A stretch of DNA of 64,000 bases from Nymphaea colorata (Eukaryota). Positions 26,612-40,138 of the stretch are shown in pieces. The translations under genes and the position numbers were made by a program. The notes below the pieces were generated by a model. The model did not search any database. It was not told the DNA's origin and saw only the letters and a list, made by a program, of their open reading frames with translations. The DNA lies in the NCBI RefSeq assembly GCF_008831285.2, contig NC_045138.2:14322001-14386000 (forward strand). The letters run 5' to 3'. Within the stretch, counting starts at the first letter, position 1; every line of letters starts with the position of its first letter.

Positions 26612-26850
26612 ACCCAGGACGGCCATTTTAGCTCAGAGCTGAAGCTCAAGGCTTCTGCCTCCACGTTGAACAGCGGACAACGGGTCAGATGCATATGGAT
26701 TGGATGATCCGAATTAAGAACCAAAGAACATAGATAGACTCATAGAGATCCTAATCCAGGTTGTAGTTGGAATTAGATAAGCGAACGAAGAACAGTTGGA
26801 TCTGGGTGCCCAACCATTCTGTATAGAATGCTGGAATGAATGACAAATAT

Positions 26851-26965
26851 CAACGGTTGAAAACAGGAACCCTAAAGTAGGAACTAAAGATTTAGGAAGA
26901 ACACTGGAAAGAACGATAACGATCAACAGTTGGAAACAGGAGCCGTATATAGGAACTAAAGATTT
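26851..26965. repeat. Two-copy direct repeat, period ~73 bp, upstream of the PPR gene
   Basis: CAAC(G/A)GTTG(A/G)AAACAGGA.CC.TA...TAGGAACTAAAGATTT at 26851 and 26924. Confidence 0.8.
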
Positions 26966-29900
26966 GCAATGGGCAGGAAAGCTGGGGACGGAGTTCAGAT
27001 GCAAACTGATTCTGACTAAAGATCGAGCATATAAATGCTTGATTTTCAACCCGAATTTGACTGCGAACCAGTTAGATTAGACCCAATGACACTTGGACCT
27101 AACCAAATCTAAATATCGCTCTCTCTCTCTCTCTCTCTACAATCTTCAACTTTTCCTCATGTAAGATTTGGTTTGTTTATAAAACCATACCCAGTAATGT
27201 TATAGCTCAAGATCATACTTAGAGAATCAGAGTGAGTTCGATTGACGAACCATATCACACGGATAAACCGGCGATCGATGTCCAAGATTGTCCAGCGGAT
27301 CTTCTCATATGTAGCGATCCACACAGCCTTCCAAACATCAATCTATCTACACGTCAACCTGTAAGTTCACATACCCAACAAGGAACAGAATGGCTTTTTC
27401 CCAAGTCTGATACAAGCAATCGGAATTAGGCAATTCCAGTGTTCTTGGAACCATCTTTAGAATCGTAAGTCTGGCCTGAGATCCAGTATTCAATGGATTG
27501 GGCGAAAATATTTGTTCTCCTGAAAATCATATAATCGTGTGGGCTTTTGCCCTTCAACTACATTTTTCTTCCTTGTATGAGCACGCAGGGATGGATTTAC
27601 AAATTTGTGGAACCATGTCCCGAGGAAACAGAAAGGAACAGTTAGCAGAATATATGAATATGGAGATCATGTCTAAATTTGTACAGATGGCTGTAGAATA
27701 CCAAAATGATTACAGTAGACTCTGCAGGAGCACAATCCATACTTGAAATTATGGAAACTATTTTGGTCTCTCAAAACGACCTCACGTTTATCGACTCGTG
27801 ATACAATCTGCATGAAAGACACAGGTTTCGTTATCACTTTGGCTGCTAAATGAAGATACGTTTTTACATTAGCACCATATTGCTAGTCATTGATTGATAA
27901 ATTCTTAAGGTGACTGATGTCATCATAAATGCATCAATCCTGACAATCTTCCTCATTATACAAACCAAATTTTAAATTGGCCATGGCGAGGAAGAACGTT
28001 TGAACAAATTCTCAAAGAACCAATGAAAATCAGGTCCCTCATTCTTTTGTTCAATTATATGGATCCATACGTTTTCCCAATCAGGCCTGCTGGGTGTACT
28101 GATGATGGTACACTGACGAGCGAATAAATAACATTGACGGCTTCAACTGATAAAACTGGAAAAACAGTATTTCCCAGTTTGGCAGGGGTGCTCAAGCGTC
28201 TCTTTCTGCAGATTTCTGTGATAAACCATGGAAGGCTGTATTTAATAAATTAATTTGGAAGACATAAGACTCTCCGTTCCGTGCGTTCCTCTGTTCACTG
28301 TTTGCATGCTTTTCTTTGAATTTGGAACACCTTAGTACTGTAGTTCTTGCACCGAACAGTGAAACAGACATGCTTCAAGTCAATCAATGGCACATGATCC
28401 TAACCCTATATGGGCAAGCACATGGACCTCCTATTGGAGAACAAGGCTAAGAAAAAGATACTCTCCAAAACGTTAGCTGCTTTATCCCATCAAGAAATTC
28501 AATCCGTTTAAAGGATGCAGCGGTACCATGTTGGTCAAGAACGATGCACTGAACACATCCCCCACTTTCGTCCTTCAATTATTGAAGAGCGCACGTACGG
28601 TCAATGCAGATAAGAGTGGAAATGAGAAGTGATGTTGGATGTGACATAGTATTCCAATATTATTGTTCAAAGAGAGAACCGGAGGGACCGTGAGGTCTCA
28701 AAATTCGCGATCAAGAATAACGCCACTGTTCTGGTTTGATGACTGACTTTGAAATTTAGAATCATGTCTTATATTTAAAGTGAAGGCATTGAAAAGCCAT
28801 TCAAGGCGTCTGAAATTTTTCACCTTGCAGCAGATCAGTCAGTGGGTTTAGTAAGGCATATGTAGTTGACGCATTATGCAGTTTGCCCTGGTCACTGAGA
28901 GATGCAGAAACGAAGCACAGATTAAGCCTATGAATGCATCTGCAGTGCCCTCCCCACGTCGCAGACAAGATGTAGAAAGGCTGGCCATTTGGATTCCACA
29001 TCCATACAGACGTTATTATGTATCATTCAATGCGTTCTACACATTATTACATTAACAACTGGATTGTGCTATGCTCGACTTGTTCACAGTTTGGCGAGTG
29101 GTTGTTCTGTGGCATTGCATGGGTCTATTGCTTCAATGACACATTCTCCTCTAAATAACGAGCATAGTTAAGGATAAAACTTGTACAACAATGACTTGCG
29201 TCGGGCTTCTGTGTGGAAGCTATTCATTGAAATATGTACAGTAATTTTCATCATTAATGTAGGTGTATATGAAAGACAATCACATGGTTTTGATGTGGTA
29301 TCGAAAACGTTGCACTGAAAGGGCTGAACACCTTCCCCAATGTAGTGTGTTTTGAAAACTGTAGTCTCTAAACAATGTTGAGGTTGTGATTTTCACATGA
29401 AAACCAACAAAGCAAGCTCCCAACAAGAACCAAGATGAGCTCCATATATACGGCTCTTCCACCATCTTAAAAACAACTTCTAGGACCAGATCCATAGCGT
29501 TGGGAAAGAGCCACCCCCCCTACAGTGCCCCTTCCCCAACCCCACACCGAATAACGTATCCTGAGGTCAAAGACAACTCTTTCACTCGATGTCATGCAGC
29601 ACTATTTACTTAACAGAAATCATGTTTTGAATTGCGTTACCATCTTCCGATCACCATGTTTGTGATGCATTGTGAACTATGAGACTCGGCAAACCTTTTT
29701 TTTTTCTTCTTCTTCTTCCATCTGCCTGTTAAACGACCACTTAAGGAGCAGGTCCTTTAACTGATCTGAACTTCGTATGTCTCTTGTTGTCAGTGAAAAA
29801 AAGAACAGAGCATATGAAAGATGAGAGAATGGCAACTGCACCTTTCACTTTTTCACTCTGCTAAACGTGAGAAAGTTTCCAATAATCACATGGCGTCGCA

Positions 29901-31683
29901 GAGGTGTGTCACCTTGACTTGTGGACAAGCCCTTGAACTGCTAGTCATTTTTTACTGACTGAATGAAAGGCATCAGTTTTGCCATCCACTCATGCATCTC
30001 CTTTTCTTATTTTGGTCAAGCAAACTGCATCAAAATATCTCTTATTGAAGGCACAAATAATTGCTCGTGAAAACTAGTGGATGCTCAGTATAGAACCAAA
30101 TACCCTTTTTTTTTGCTTTTTTTTTTAATTTCTCATAGCTGTGGGTGACCCAAGTACTTATGCTTTTTTTCCACTCTGAGTAAGTTTGGGCTTTCCAAAC
30201 CAAGATCTTGGATCTGAGTCAGTCCCTTTTGCGCCTATGCCTTTGTAGTGGGATTGTCCTTTTGATCCTTTATTCCATTCCTGCACCACAAGAAGCAAAG
30301 TTCCTTGGGAACTTGCAAACTCGGGAAGGTTCCGTGAGAACCCTCCCCATACCTCCACCACCCTCTTGAGCCTCATGCTTGCGTTGCTTAGAAGAAATTT
30401 GGAAATTGGCATAGTTTCCAAATTTATTAAAGAAAAAATGCTTTACAGTACAAGTTGGTGGCAGGCAAAAGAATGGGCTTTTTGCTCTTGTTTTCTTTGT
30501 TATTTTTCTCTTTTGCCGCTTTTACCCTTTTCCTAAAACACTCATCCTTAGGGCTAGAAATTCAGTAAGATATTCTGTACTTATTAGAAACAATATTTGT
30601 TACGTTTTACAAGGTTTAGCTTGTCTGAGTTACCAAGTTTCTGCCGCAGAAACTGATGAACGTTTAAAACTTTGAAAATTCGTAGGACAACTTGGATGAT
30701 GAGAAATTAACGTTTTGAACTTTTGTCACTATATTATGGTTAAAGTCTGTGTCATGCATCTACTCGACATGAACCTGGTTGCAAGGTTGTGGACATAAAG
30801 AGCATCGAATCAAATTTGTGTTTCTGAGTTGGCATAATTCTTACTCGATTATTGATCTACTTGGCTGAATTCAGCGTCGTTCTCTAGCTTTAATGTATCT
30901 CCAACTTATGTGGGTCAGGTTTTATATCCTGTTGTTTAAATCCATACTGTGAGTTCATGAGGATCTTGCTGGGTTGGATGCCTAACGCTGACAGACCTAG
31001 CTCCAAGTAGGATGAGCATTTGGAATTAAAAGCAACACACTTTGATGTTATGGAATATAATATATGATATATTTGTTTCTTTGCCTTGGCGAGAATATTG
31101 TCCAAGTATTGATATGCAAAGATGCCATGATCTGCAAAACGCTTTCTGCTCTAACAGAAGAATTACTTGCGCACCGAATGAAACATGATAGCCAGGTTTA
31201 TTAAAATCGGTTTCCATTGTGAGAGGATCTATAACGAAATCTTGACGAGAATTTCTCTGGGGGAGTAGATTTTGTTCCTAATTCTATGCAACGGCATGAT
31301 GCTCTGATTTTCTTAGTTTGGGACTGTCATTTTCTCTGAAAACTGTCAAAATATGCGCTTAGAACGATGCTTTCAACTCAAGCTAAAATCAAATTCAGAT
31401 AACAAAGTGGCGTGCCTCTGTGCTGAGTAAGAAATAAACAGCTTTTGTGTCGAAATGGTTAGATGGGATACCGTAAAAAATAGTTCTGTGAGATGCTAAC
31501 CTGTATCAGGTAGTGCAAAAATAAGTGGTGCTCATTGAGGTTAGCTGTAAGAAGTGGTTTATAAATGACACTTCCGTGGATTCTTGAAATTTTGGAGACT
31601 CTGGTGATCTCTTGAGCCAGAGTCTAGACCAAAGGTGGATAGCTATTGGAAACAGCAAATATTTAATTTAATCATTCACAACT

Positions 31684-31688
<5 letters not shown>

Positions 31689-31725
<37 letters not shown>

Positions 31726-31776
31726 CTGTGGGTGGTACATGCATTCCAAAAAGCAACAATAGGACAGTTTATAAAT
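31689..31776 (+). promoter_or_regulatory. TFL1/CEN proximal promoter: (GA)n tract and TATA box
   Basis: (GA)~16 at 31689-31721. TATAAAT at 31770-31776, about 107 bp upstream of the ATG. Confidence 0.55.
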
Positions 31777-31882
31777 GCAGGTTGGTTGCGGGCCTGCGGC
31801 TTCATCCAACAAAGAAATCCCACTCCCAGGCAACAGCTGAAGAGTTTGACAAAAACCTTATCCTTCTCACTTCTTTTCATCG

Positions 31883-33052
31883 ATGGCTAGATCCTTTGAG
31901 CCTCTTGTACTTGGAAGGGTTGTAGGAGAAGTGCTCGAAGACTTCATTCCCAGCATCAAGATGAGTGTAGTTTACAATTCTAATAAGCAGGTCTGCAATG
32001 GACATGAGTTCATGCCCTCTGCAGTAGCATTTAAACCAAAGGTAGAAGTTAATGGAGGTGACCTGAGGTCCTTCTTCACAATGGTAATGCTTTTCTCGCT
32101 ATTATTCATTTACTTGATATATCGTAAGTACATATTCTTTTGGATTAATCGTGAACCAACTATGAACTCTGGACTAACCAACGTTGCTGATCTCTCTAAC
32201 AGATCATGACAGACCCTGATGTGCCAGGCCCTAGTGACCCATATTTGAGAGAGCATCTTCATTGGTAATTTCACTTTCTCCTCTAAGCTTCTAGCATCTA
32301 CTTTTCCTTATCATTTTGCTCATGACGATGGGCAGCACTTACTTGAGATGATCAGTAATGATTTTCTAATGCATTATTACCGACCAAGAAACTGAGTCAT
32401 TTCTTTGGCCTTTTTCGGATGAAGTCATACCTTGATACCAAGATTAGACATGCATAAACTCGAATAAGAAAGTCTTTCTACTGCTTCAGCCTTGTGGCTG
32501 AACATACACACACTAAATTTGCGCATACTTAAATTTCAAATACATAAAACTGACATCTAGCAGGACATGCGAGGTCGTTGTCTGTCTGTCTTCTCGTTTT
32601 GCAGTTGCGACTTCTTTATGTGACTAAAATGATTAAAAAATCATTGTATACACCTTTCACTTATTTCTCTATATCACTTGGATTCTGATTAGTTACCTGT
32701 TGAATGGTTATAGGCTGGTGACCGACATACCAGGCACAACAGACGTATCATTTGGTGAGATTCATATTTGTTTAACCCTTTCAGGATGTCTTTAACTTTC
32801 TGAGATGGTTACTGACAACCGATGGGGCCTTTGGCAGGAAAAGAACTAGCGGCTTATGAGTCACCAAGGCCAAATATTGGCATACACAGGTTTGTGTTTG
32901 TCCTGTTCAAGCAGAAAAGGAGGCAGTGTGTTTGCTCGCCTTCATCAAGGGACCACTTCAACACCAAGAGGTTTGCACAGGAGAATGAGCTTGGCCTTCC
33001 CGTTGCTGCTGTCTACTTCAATGCACAGAGAGAAACTGCAGCAAGAAGGCGC

Positions 33053-33055
<3 letters not shown>
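31883..33055 (+). CDS. TFL1: TERMINAL FLOWER1/CENTRORADIALIS-like PEBP protein, 173 aa
   Basis: Canonical 4-exon PEBP structure: 31883-32083 (201 nt), 32203-32264 (62), 32714-32754 (41), 32838-33055 (218). [18 protein letters not shown] carries the TFL1-type His (Tyr in FT); SSRDHFNT carries the TFL1-type Asp; [10 protein letters not shown] and [11 protein letters not shown] are present. Confidence 0.97.
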
Positions 33056-33057
<2 letters not shown>

Positions 33058-33118
<61 letters not shown>

Positions 33119-33185
33119 TAGAGAGAGCGAGAGGTATGGGGTCTTAGCTGGTGTGGGAAACAACAAATAAATCTGCAAGAGATGG

Positions 33186-33256
<71 letters not shown>

Positions 33257-33330
33257 GAAAGAAAGAGAGAAGAGAGATGTGGTGGTGCCTTAGCTAGTGC
33301 AGGAAACAAGTAATAAATCTGCAAGATGTC
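33058..33330 (+). repeat. Duplicated 3'-UTR module: (GA)n plus a ~50-bp unit containing AATAAA
   Basis: CTTAGCT(G/A)GTG..GGAAACAA..AATAAATCTGCAAGA occurs twice, with AATAAA at 33166 and 33312. Each copy follows a GA tract and the two are separated by (AT)n. Confidence 0.85.
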
Positions 33331-34113
33331 GCAGTAGTGTATGGACGAGGAACGTCCCTCCCCATGGATTTGTGTATCGTGAAGTTGGGGCTTGTGAACG
33401 TGTGGATTTTATTCAAGGATCACATGGGTCTTTGTTTTTTTTTATGTCATGAGGAAAATTGTAGTGGGCTTCTCTGCAGTTACTATGGGAATCCTCATGG
33501 CCTTTTCTGGTTGGTCTGTTCTACTTTCTCTGTACTGAAATGAAACCTTTTGTCACAACTTGGTTATTTCAGGTACTACTTCCCCTGCCACTTCTTCCCT
33601 TTTCAGTAGAAAAAATGTACTAACATGCAACGCCATCCCGCTCTTGCATATCGATTTTGTTGTTTCTTGCTTTCCTTTTCTGATATGAAGAAGTGGCAGT
33701 GTAAACACTGAGAACAGTTTCCATGAGTTCCATGTCTGAATTCTTTGGTTGTACGAGAAGCAAGGAACTTTAGTACCAATTGCACCAAAAAGAAGTGCCA
33801 TAGTTGGGGTGCAAATGGTTCGGGTTGGATTTCCGAGTTTCCCTCTGCTGTACTTCCAATCAAAACCAAATTCCTATTAGCTGATCTAAGTCTGAGTATT
33901 TGCAACATTAGCTAAAAGTCTCTAGGGACTGGCTTGAGTCACTTTTAGAAACCCTGCAGTGGATCTGAAATTGGTTATTGGCTCAAGGACGCATGGTATT
34001 GGAAGCAGACTGGTAGTACTATCATAGATTAAGGGTCTTAGCCTCATAGTTTTACCATCTTGAGTCAGTCTGCGATCTGTTTGTTTCCAGCCTCTCAGTT
34101 TCTTCCTGTCAAT

Positions 34114-34115
<2 letters not shown>

Positions 34116-34185
<70 letters not shown>
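34116..34185. repeat. (AT)n microsatellite
   Basis: About 35 uninterrupted units. Confidence 0.95.
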
Positions 34186-34191
<6 letters not shown>

Positions 34192-34568
34192 GTTACGAAA
34201 CTTCCTCCAACTTAGTGAAGGTTAAAAGTAATCAAGCTGTGGGTATTCGCGCTCATGTGCCTGTGTGCATGCACGTGCAAGGACAAGTATCTCCAACAAG
34301 ATTCACTTCCTAAAGGGCATAAACACTTTGAGACAACATGGTTGAATGTCTGTTGCCCAATTCCAAACCTGCTGATGAGGTTACCTTTTTGGTCATGGTT
34401 TTTTAATTTCAGGAGCTTTTTGTGCGGTACGATCCAACATCATTCTATTGCACTAAGAAAATGGTTTGAGTTTGATCTCAGATAATTAACTTCAACTAAA
34501 AAGTAGCCATAATTTTGTCTTCTGAATCTACTCAGAAGATAAACTGTTTACATGATGATCATATATAC

Positions 34569-34570
<2 letters not shown>

Positions 34571-34628
<58 letters not shown>
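34571..34628. repeat. (AG)n microsatellite
   Basis: About 29 units. Confidence 0.95.
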
Positions 34629-34629
<1 letters not shown>

Positions 34630-35445
34630 AATCGGATTATGACTTCTGTAATACTCTGACCATTTTCAACAGAAATTAACCATGATGATTTGCGAGAATC
34701 AACATTTGGGTTGCTTAATTATGGTGTGTAGTAGTAGCTGTTCTAAACATTAAACAAGAAGCCGACCCAAGTTGGGCATCATAAATAGTGAAGAGCCCCG
34801 AGAATCGACACGAAAACCAGAAGGGTTCAAGCATATATTTATCTGCACCGGAACGTTTCTTCAGTTGAGGATGTCGATCAAATCTAGGTGTTCACTAGAT
34901 TCAATGCAGTAAAAAAGTTTGTAGTAGTCTCCATCATTTAGCTGCATGGCCCGGTTACATCTAGCCAAGTGCTAGATTCTGTGAACGGATGAATTTTTCT
35001 GGTCTGCAAAAGCTGCTTCCAGATCATATTCCAGAAATTTCATTCGCAGAAGCAGGACTATGGTTTACTTCTGCAATATCTGATTTAAAAAGAAGAAAAC
35101 GAATTGCAAAAAAATTGTCTCCGAGAGAATCTGGAGCCCAAAGGCTGCTGCTTTATTATTTTACTGAAACAAATACAGACGCTTTGATGGTAACATAACA
35201 GGATTTGTCAACATTGTTCCTTCTAAAAGATGCAAATCATGAATTATTGGTCAATAGAACAAGAGAAGTAGAACTTCTTCTCTGTAAGTTTCGCAGTGTG
35301 CAATCATGCATCGCTCTTGCAAAATACGAATTAACTGCAATCGGTTTATTCCTCAACAGTGTATAGTAACCACATCGATGGTTGTGACAGGTTCTGAATC
35401 AAATGGAAACCTCCACCGATTTTGCTTGTATTCCTACTCGACAGT

Positions 35446-35692
35446 CCAGAAGAATAGTGTCATGGAATTTAACTGACAATTGGACTTTCTTAAGCTTGCC
35501 AACCCGACTAGCTACACCATTTCCCTTAGAGCAACGCAATTGTTAGATGGACAGTTTAGTGCTTTAGAGCCCAAAGAAGAATAGCAACATAAAAATTTAA
35601 CTGACTATTGGATTTTCATCAGCCTTCAAACCCGATCAGCTACACCATGCCCTTTAAGCAACCCAATTGCTAGATGAAAGTTTAGTTTTTAG
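35446..35692. repeat. Diverged two-copy tandem repeat, ~127 bp unit
   Basis: AATTTAACTGAC.ATTGGA.TTTC...AACCCGA..AGCTACACCAT...AGCAAC.CAATTG.TAGATG..AGTTTAGT at ~35466 and ~35594. Confidence 0.85.
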
Positions 35693-36533
35693 TTCGTGGG
35701 GTCGTCTTCTTATTCTTGAAAGCCAAAGCAAGATGTACTGCTTAAAAGCGAAAAGCAAAGTGTATTGCTTAAAAGCGAGAAGATTTTTAAACGATTTTAC
35801 CATTGTTTTCAAAGATTGAATCCTCGAACTTCCTCGAGAAAAGGACTTGGAATATAGGAGTTGGGAATTCTATTACCTGGGATTCACATCCCTTGTTGTA
35901 AGGACGAAGCAATGATGGGAACTTTTTCATGTGAAAGAGAGATCACCTGCCATTTGTTGTTAATCGAACTCACTGCTTATTTGTTATTAAATGGTACATC
36001 TTGGAGGTGCAATAATCAATTCAAGTTCAATTCAAGGGTGTAAGGAAGAGGATTTTGAGATGAAGTGGGATGCGAACCAATGCTTACTTAAAAGTTTAGA
36101 TCACGAGATGCCCTGCAAAACAGACCACTTAGTAGACATATGTACTTCTTGAAAGGAAAATCCCTAGGCATCGAATTACGAGCGACTTTGAATGCCTAAA
36201 ATAGTGGATTCAGGGTGCTTTTATCTTGGATAACTTCTTTTAAGGGGGTATGCTTGACTAAGGGGCTGAAATTGAGTGGTCAATGGTGCCCCCCCTACAA
36301 ATCTGACATTTTTTACTTCATTAATGGAGTCCTGTAATAGCAATTTTAATATGAAACCAGATCCAATTCTAGATCTAATTAGAATGGGATGTGGCGAAGG
36401 TAGTATCTGGACCAAATCCAATTGGTTCACGGCTCCCACCAAAGATTGCATTTCCATTTGACTCTTCCAGAGTGCCGATGGCCAAAGCCACTGTTGAAAT
36501 TTTCAAATAATTAAAAAGTTTCATATGTGTTAT

Positions 36534-36660
36534 TAGGGATAGAACTAGGAAGTTTTTTTGATGCAAGGATCAAACTATAGTTTCAAAATTTTAATAAGAA
36601 TTAAAATATATTTTTTTTCAAATTTTTATATAGGTTAAACAATTTTTTTTTAAATTTACT
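36534..36660 (-). mobile_element. Partial MITE of the same family, reverse orientation
   Basis: Begins TAGGGATAGAACTAGGAA (reverse complement of the family 3' end) and contains AACTATAGTTTCAAAATTTT, the reverse complement of the family core. Confidence 0.45.
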
Positions 36661-39600
36661 TTCTTATTTATTTTAATATAAATTATAGTTTTTTTTTTTT
36701 TGTCAATGACGACACTGCTGACAATTACACAAGAGAGGACCTATCTCTACCATCCAACGTGGGATGTTTTCCTGGCTTGTCACTAGAAGAAATTGAACCA
36801 GACTTTGTCGCTTGCTTGGTAGTGTAAAACTCTGTGTCTGCTTTGGCTTATGCAGAACGTTGACACGTACAAAAATTGAACTTGCAATTGGCCTTTTAGC
36901 AGCCACTTTGCCTAATTAAACTGAATGACCGTGTTTCTTCTTCATTGGGTTAAATTAAGGGAGCAAACAGATCTATCGGCCATGTTTTTGGAGGATTTTC
37001 TGTTCTTAGTGATTTCCTACATATTAATGAGCTGAGCTAAGCCCTATCCTTTTGATTGCTCGAGTAATTATTCAAATTGTTTGGAAATATGAAGGCAATA
37101 TTGTTGAAAGCTTTGAATGATTATAAAAGCCAAGAGAGCCAGGGCGTTCGATAAGAAATATTCACACTTTTGAATAAATTGAGACCAAATGGTATCCTTT
37201 TAGGTGAGTAAGATGAACACTTCATCCTACTGCCCAAGAAAAGAGCAAATATCAACCACCATTTTCCTTATTCTTCAAGAGCACCAAGCTTGTTGTCGAT
37301 GTATCAGGGTGGCACTTTCATTATGCTTCAACTTACATATCGAACACTCCTTTGATTAAAGGAGGTTTTATACTTAAAATGATTTGCTTAGCAGTTTCTA
37401 TCTTGAGAATTCGTTAACTGGTTTGATTTCCTTTTATTTTTAAAAGGACCCACATGATTGGCTCAGTAGTTTCTTTCTTGTACTTCTTACTGCTTTGATT
37501 TCTGTTATTTCTTAAAAGAACCATGAGATATATGAAGCAACTCGTACAGTGTATTAGAGTGTAGCGGATTAAACCACCAGGGCAAGTCCCTGGACATAAA
37601 ATGGTAGAAGAAAACCTAATAATGTATAGCGAGAAAATGCAGCACACTTTTGTGGTCTTGTGCTCATGATGCCCTATCGACTTAGTCATATCGATAAACA
37701 ACCCCTACTACTAGTTCATCAGGAATAGGACTCATCAATCCAACTCAGGCACAGAGACAGAGAGAGAGAGAGAGAACAGAATGGAAAGTAAAACTGAGAG
37801 AAAAGATGTCAGTCAAGAGAAGGGAGATACGAAATTACATTAGAGAGAGAGAGAGAGAGAGAGAGCAGAATGAAAATGTATGAAGCAAAACTGGAAGAAG
37901 ACAAGGTGTCAGGCCTGCAGAGAGAGATACAGAGAGAGGGAGAGAGAGTTCCAAGATGGATGGCATGATAAAAAAGGACTGGTCAGGAAGCTGGAAGAGT
38001 GCTGTGTCTTTGGGACAAAACCCGGTAGCAATGGATGAGTGGATGAAATTGAGAGGCATTTCTCGGGAGCTGTCAAGAACAAGAGGTTGTTTTCAAGACG
38101 TTGTACCTTGCAATTCCCCTCCCGAAACAGTCACCCAGTTGCCCTTTCCCTACCGTTCAATGGGGAGACAGAGCAATCCCTTCAAGATTTTTTTCCATAA
38201 ATGTCATTTTCAACTCATTCAGTACAGCAACCCATTATTTTTCATCGTCCACATCATACATCCATTCTTCCTTCTTCGTCTTTACTCATTGTGTTCCTTT
38301 TTTTCCTTTATCCTTCCCAACTTGGCGACCTCAGCTGCCCATTAATCCACTTGTCTATATATATATATATATATGAGAATCTCATTTCCACCTTCCGATG
38401 CCAAACAAAATTTTACATCATTTGATGCACTAAACTATCTTGGACTATGATTTTGATTCTTGTGTGTGCTACTTCATTCACTCACATCTAAATAATGGCA
38501 AGTATGACACTTCAATTTGACCAATGAACATTCTCAGGTTTCGATGCAGTTTTGTACCTTAAGAACAAGAGAATGGAAAGCTTTAGCCTCTCATCTGAAG
38601 TGACAGTGGCTCAAGGTCCGACCACAAATAATGAGAATCCTATTCCCACTTAAAGAGGTCAAACAGACGATATGAATTCGTTTCACACGAAAATTCAGCT
38701 TCCGGACTAAATTCCTTTGTACGAATGCATTTAGTATTTGGTGCACCACATGAGCGGCAATATCGATGTATCTTGTTTGAGCTATGTCAACGTCAGTATT
38801 GATTGCCTCATCTTGACTGCCGCTGTGCCTCAGTGGCACAGTCCACCCCTTGTTTTGACTGCACTCGACTTAACCAAACAATTCTTGTCAGTGTTTTAAC
38901 GTTGAGAGTTGGGCTTCTTAGCGGATTTAAGTCTCTTTCTCTCATCTCTGATTTATTCTGCTCCTCGTCCTGTAATGTTTGTTTGCTGCACATTTGTTTT
39001 AATGCTATCCAATGTCCGGAAGTTGCTGGATGGCTAAAATTTAAGAAGTCGACACGAAACACCATAAAATGTTGTTAAGGTCACCATAAACCATCGTCAC
39101 ACTATAAACCTGATTGGTTTTAGTAACAAATTTTAAAATTTTAGTCAGTTCGGCAACAGTATTGAATTGAATTGACCTATATCAACCAAAACTACTGTCA
39201 ACTTAGTTAACTTGGGTTCTCTGTGGGTTAAACCCACATTAGCTTGTTAGGCTTGGTGGACACCAGTCTAAGCAGCCATTGGCAAGGCCCAGATTGAGTT
39301 GTGTGTGCTGTTATGGCCATACAACATACATGCACAGCAAGAATAGAGGACATTTTAGTAGTTCTTTAGAAAGGTATTTATAGACTTTTTACTTTGTTCG
39401 ATTTCGTGAACGAGGGGTATTTTCATTATAACAATTTTCATGCACTAGTATGGCGCATATAACCAGGTTTTGCCAAGGCCTATCAAAGCTTCATAAAAAA
39501 ACACAATGTAAAAAATAAGTAAAATAAATTTCTTGCAACACATTTTGGGAGAAATTTTTTTTGAAGAAAAATATGTGGCTCTCCTTGTACCCCTACTGAA

Positions 39601-39699
39601 GCAAAATTTATGCTTTTTTTTTTTTTTTTATAGATACAAAGTGAACGTTTGTCCTAGAAAGCATTTACCTTGTTTGATTAATTTCATTTCAAAACTTTT

Positions 39700-39820
39700 C
39701 GGGGATCTTGGCCCCCCTAAAAAAGATTACATATAAATTTTAAAAATTTTCATTTCTTCTATCAAAATTTTGAAACTAGAATTCAGCCCTCTTTATGAAA
39801 ATTCCTAACTCTCTGCCCCT
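39700..39820. mobile_element. Partial MITE of the same family
   Basis: Contains AAAATTTTGAAACTAGAATTCAG and ends ATTCCTAACTCTCTGCCCCT, matching the 3' end of the 43017-43196 copy (ATTCCTAACTCTCCCCTTG). Confidence 0.5.
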
Positions 39821-40138
39821 AAAAACTTTCCCTTGAAAGCATGAAGAAGTGCACCTTGGGCAAGTGCAATCAAACATTACCTAGTGATCTTCAAACCAAA
39901 TTCAATCCAACTCCCAAAAAGCACAGATTTTCAACAATCTACCACCAAAGTTCACGTTTCTTCGTTAGGGTTCTAGTGATCAGCATCACATAAATTCTCT
40001 CGATTTTCTTAATCTAAGAATATCATTGGGAAAATGTTGTCGGACTCCCAATACATTGATTTTGCACGATCAAATCGAACCAAGTTGACTAGAAAACTAG
40101 ATCCCCATACATGGAAATTAACCAATCAAGATGAGGTC

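Noticed and set aside
39010..39055. CPEVAGWLKF, similar to the start of a LINE RNase H domain
   Set aside because: Too short, with no downstream catalytic motifs.
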